Positions 61,711 to 64,000 of a stretch of 64,000 nucleotides of DNA are shown piece after piece. The notes under the pieces were generated by a model, which was given only the letters and a program-made list of their open reading frames with translations, was not told where the DNA came from and searched no databases. How positions within the stretch are numbered: the stretch's first letter is position 1; each line of letters begins with the position of its first letter. The DNA is from Saccostrea cucullata (Eukaryota). Location of the stretch: contig NW_026939914.1 in the NCBI RefSeq assembly GCF_032062105.1, forward strand, positions 1 to 64,000, given 5' to 3'. The translations under genes were made by a program, and so were the position numbers.

Positions 61711-63102
61711 TCATCGATTGACACATGATTTTAAATAAGTGACTTTGTCTTTAATAAATTCCCTAAATCCAGGAATCCGCACGACGTACACCAGCGGGTT
61801 TAACACTGAATGAAGAGTAGAGATACAAAACAATACGGTACGAACGATATCATCCCCACTGCCCTCCATCAAAAATCCTTCCGCGAACAGAAAGAAGTAG
61901 AATGGTCCATTCAGCGATAGATGTAGCAAAATAATTATGGAGACAGTTATCAACGATTTTTTATGACGAAGCGTAATGGGGTTTTTCTGCAGTTGCTTAT
62001 TCATATTACTGTCGGATGATTCAGGTTTTTGGGATTCTGTATCATGTGAACACACGGGGGAGGATTTCAATGTTCTGTGTTCTTCGAATCCTTTTGGTTG
62101 TACAGAATCCAAGGTAAAAACGAGCGTTTTTGGCGAGGAATTAAAGTATGGCGTGTTTTTTACGGAGGATAAATTTTCTGAAATATTTTCCGTTTCTTTG
62201 TTTATGTGCAACTTTCCATTGGATATTTCTTCAGTTTTGATACTCCTACGCACTGGATCATTGAGAATTTGAATGGAAGTTGATAAGATATTAGATTTAC
62301 GCAAATTTTGTTCATGTTGTTCTTGACTCTTTGCCCCATTTTCATCTTTTGGTATGGTCATTTCACGGACGGTAACAAGACTGCTGTTGGAGACATCATC
62401 ATTTTGAACTGTGTTTTTTGTCTGTATTTGGTCACTTGCATATTCGATATTGATAGGAAATATTCGCCTCAACCAAGTCTGCCGTGTATATAGTTTACAT
62501 CCGACTATAAGATTCATAGTTATCAACAGGAGACCACTAATCACTAATGTCATGCTGTGTAATTTTAAGAACAATTTATGTTTATCACCAAAGACACTCT
62601 CTAAAGTACATAAAATGAATGGTACGTTTTTCTGCGTCATCGTTAAAAAAGTCAAACCGGTTGAAAATAAAGCTAGAAACCATGTAATGAAAATAACTAG
62701 AATGGCGTTTCTAAGTTCAAATTTGAATACTGTGAAATTATTTTTTCCTATTGCATAGCATCTCAAAAAACCAATTATCAGCACGTGAAAACTTGAAGCT
62801 TGTATGCAGGTTGTATACCCCGCCAGTGCTATGGTACAGGAGTTATAGCTCACAGAATAAGTATTTGCCATATAAGAAATCAAGGGACGAATGGAAACAC
62901 CAACAAGAAAGTCAGTGAAGGAAAGACTAATAGTGGTTAAGTTATATCCACTCTTTCGCAAATGTTTGCTGAATAATGCAACTAGGAACACAAAGGCATT
63001 GAAAAATATTGCCATACAAACGACAAGACCAGTGATAACTTTTCCCGCTAAAGTATGATCTAAATCCGTAAACGACGGCTTAGATCCATTAGAGCTGTTC
63101 AT
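61711..63102 (-). CDS. Class A (rhodopsin-like) GPCR, uninterrupted coding region, 463 aa
   Basis: Seven hydrophobic segments; FN in TM1, LSFTD in TM2, LRC at the DRY position, W in TM4, Cys in ECL2, GPF in TM6, NPLVY in TM7. Long ICL3 and N-terminal NSS/NGS sequons. Probable 5' UTR splice acceptor at ~63138. Confidence 0.92.
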   Translation of the reverse strand: MNSSNGSKPSFTDLDHTLAGKVITGLVVCMAIFFNAFVFLVALFSKHLRKSGYNLTTISLSFTDFLVGVSIRPLISYMANTYSVSYNSCTIALAGYTTCIQASSFHVLIIGFLRCYAIGKNNFTVFKFELRNAILVIFITWFLALFSTGLTFLTMTQKNVPFILCTLESVFGDKHKLFLKLHSMTLVISGLLLITMNLIVGCKLYTRQTWLRRIFPINIEYASDQIQTKNTVQNDDVSNSSLVTVREMTIPKDENGAKSQEQHEQNLRKSNILSTSIQILNDPVRRSIKTEEISNGKLHINKETENISENLSSVKNTPYFNSSPKTLVFTLDSVQPKGFEEHRTLKSSPVCSHDTESQKPESSDSNMNKQLQKNPITLRHKKSLITVSIIILLHLSLNGPFYFFLFAEGFLMEGSGDDIVRTVLFCISTLHSVLNPLVYVVRIPGFREFIKDKVTYLKSCVNR

Positions 63103-63854
63103 CCTGGCCTCTATCCTGCTTCCTGACCTCTCTGCTTCTGAAATGAAATTTAAAGATCAGGCTCCAATACATATATATGTATATTTACTCATGCCCGCAA
63201 TGGACATGAGTGATACTAATTAGATATAATAGTAGATCGTCGAATATCTTGCGTTTTTATTATTATATTTTATGCAGTATTTATGTACAAAATGTAATAG
63301 TAAACTTTGGAACATAATTCTGAAAATGTTTGTGTTTTCAATAATTTTAGCAAAATGTCAAATTGTACGTATTTCGTAAAAAGTGAATGAGAAACGTAAC
63401 AAAAAGTATTTTTACATTTATCAAAATCCGTAACAATGCAAAGTATTGCAAACGAGCAAATGTACTTTCGTTAGACCCCTCCTCAACATGTACAAAAAGT
63501 GTTTGACATACAATTCAGATGTTAGATTATCTTTGTTTCTTAATGTATATGTAAAATTAGTAACAGACCAAAATAAGAAACATATGTGGCAGACTCGGTG
63601 GTGTTTTTTACTTCTAGATCCCTAGGATACAAAGGTTGTTCAATTAGTAATGTAAGAGGTCATCTTATTAAAATCAAAATTTCATGTGAACCAATTTCTC
63701 GTTATTTTTTATCACTGAAACATTCTTGTTACATTTACAGATATTTTAATCTATTGAACACATGGCCAGGTCAGCATACTCATCTCTAGGTTTGCACAAA
63801 AGGCACTGAAGAAAAGCAATTTCCATGAGATATCTGAAATTGTAGTCTTCGTTT

Positions 63855-63945
63855 TGTCATGTTGTAAATTTTGAATTTACCGGGTGGTAGAAAATACACA
63901 ACTTACAACCTGACAACCGGTGAATTCAAAATTTACAACATGACA
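63855..63945. mobile_element. Second copy of the Ginger-like palindromic MITE
   Basis: TGTCATGTTGTAAATTTTGAATT...AATTCAAAATTTACAACATGACA, with flanks GTTT/CTTT. Confidence 0.75.
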
Positions 63946-64000
63946 CTTTGATTGTTTTCTTGCGTTTTGGAATAAAAGTTTTCAATGACTGATTTCTAGA

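Overview
AT-rich eukaryotic DNA with two N-gaps. The repeat families suggest a bivalve mollusc, probably an oyster, but that is inference. Most of the window is nested mobile elements. (1) Two tyrosine-recombinase (DIRS/Ngaro-type) retroelements, one decayed (~1.1-3.7 kb) and one nearly intact (39.2-58.0 kb). Each is followed by a non-coding array of bulged pentaloop hairpins. The intact one lies inside a 20.5-kb unit bounded by 11-bp TIRs and a TTAA duplication. (2) A four-unit tandem array of an integrase-less Gmr1-like Gypsy element splits the gag of the intact element. (3) An L1/Tx1 LINE, with a NADAR domain at the end of ORF1 and a 3' transduction, is inserted in an RTE LINE. (4) Two Penelope-like elements carry minimal hammerhead ribozymes. 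(5) There is also a KolobokP-like element with long direct repeats, a modular foldback element, Deu-domain SINEs with two different heads, and several MITEs. Host genes are an isolated cadherin-repeat exon, a damaged C-type lectin gene and an intact class A GPCR with an uninterrupted coding region. All calls were made by eye; no alignments, folding or database searches were run.
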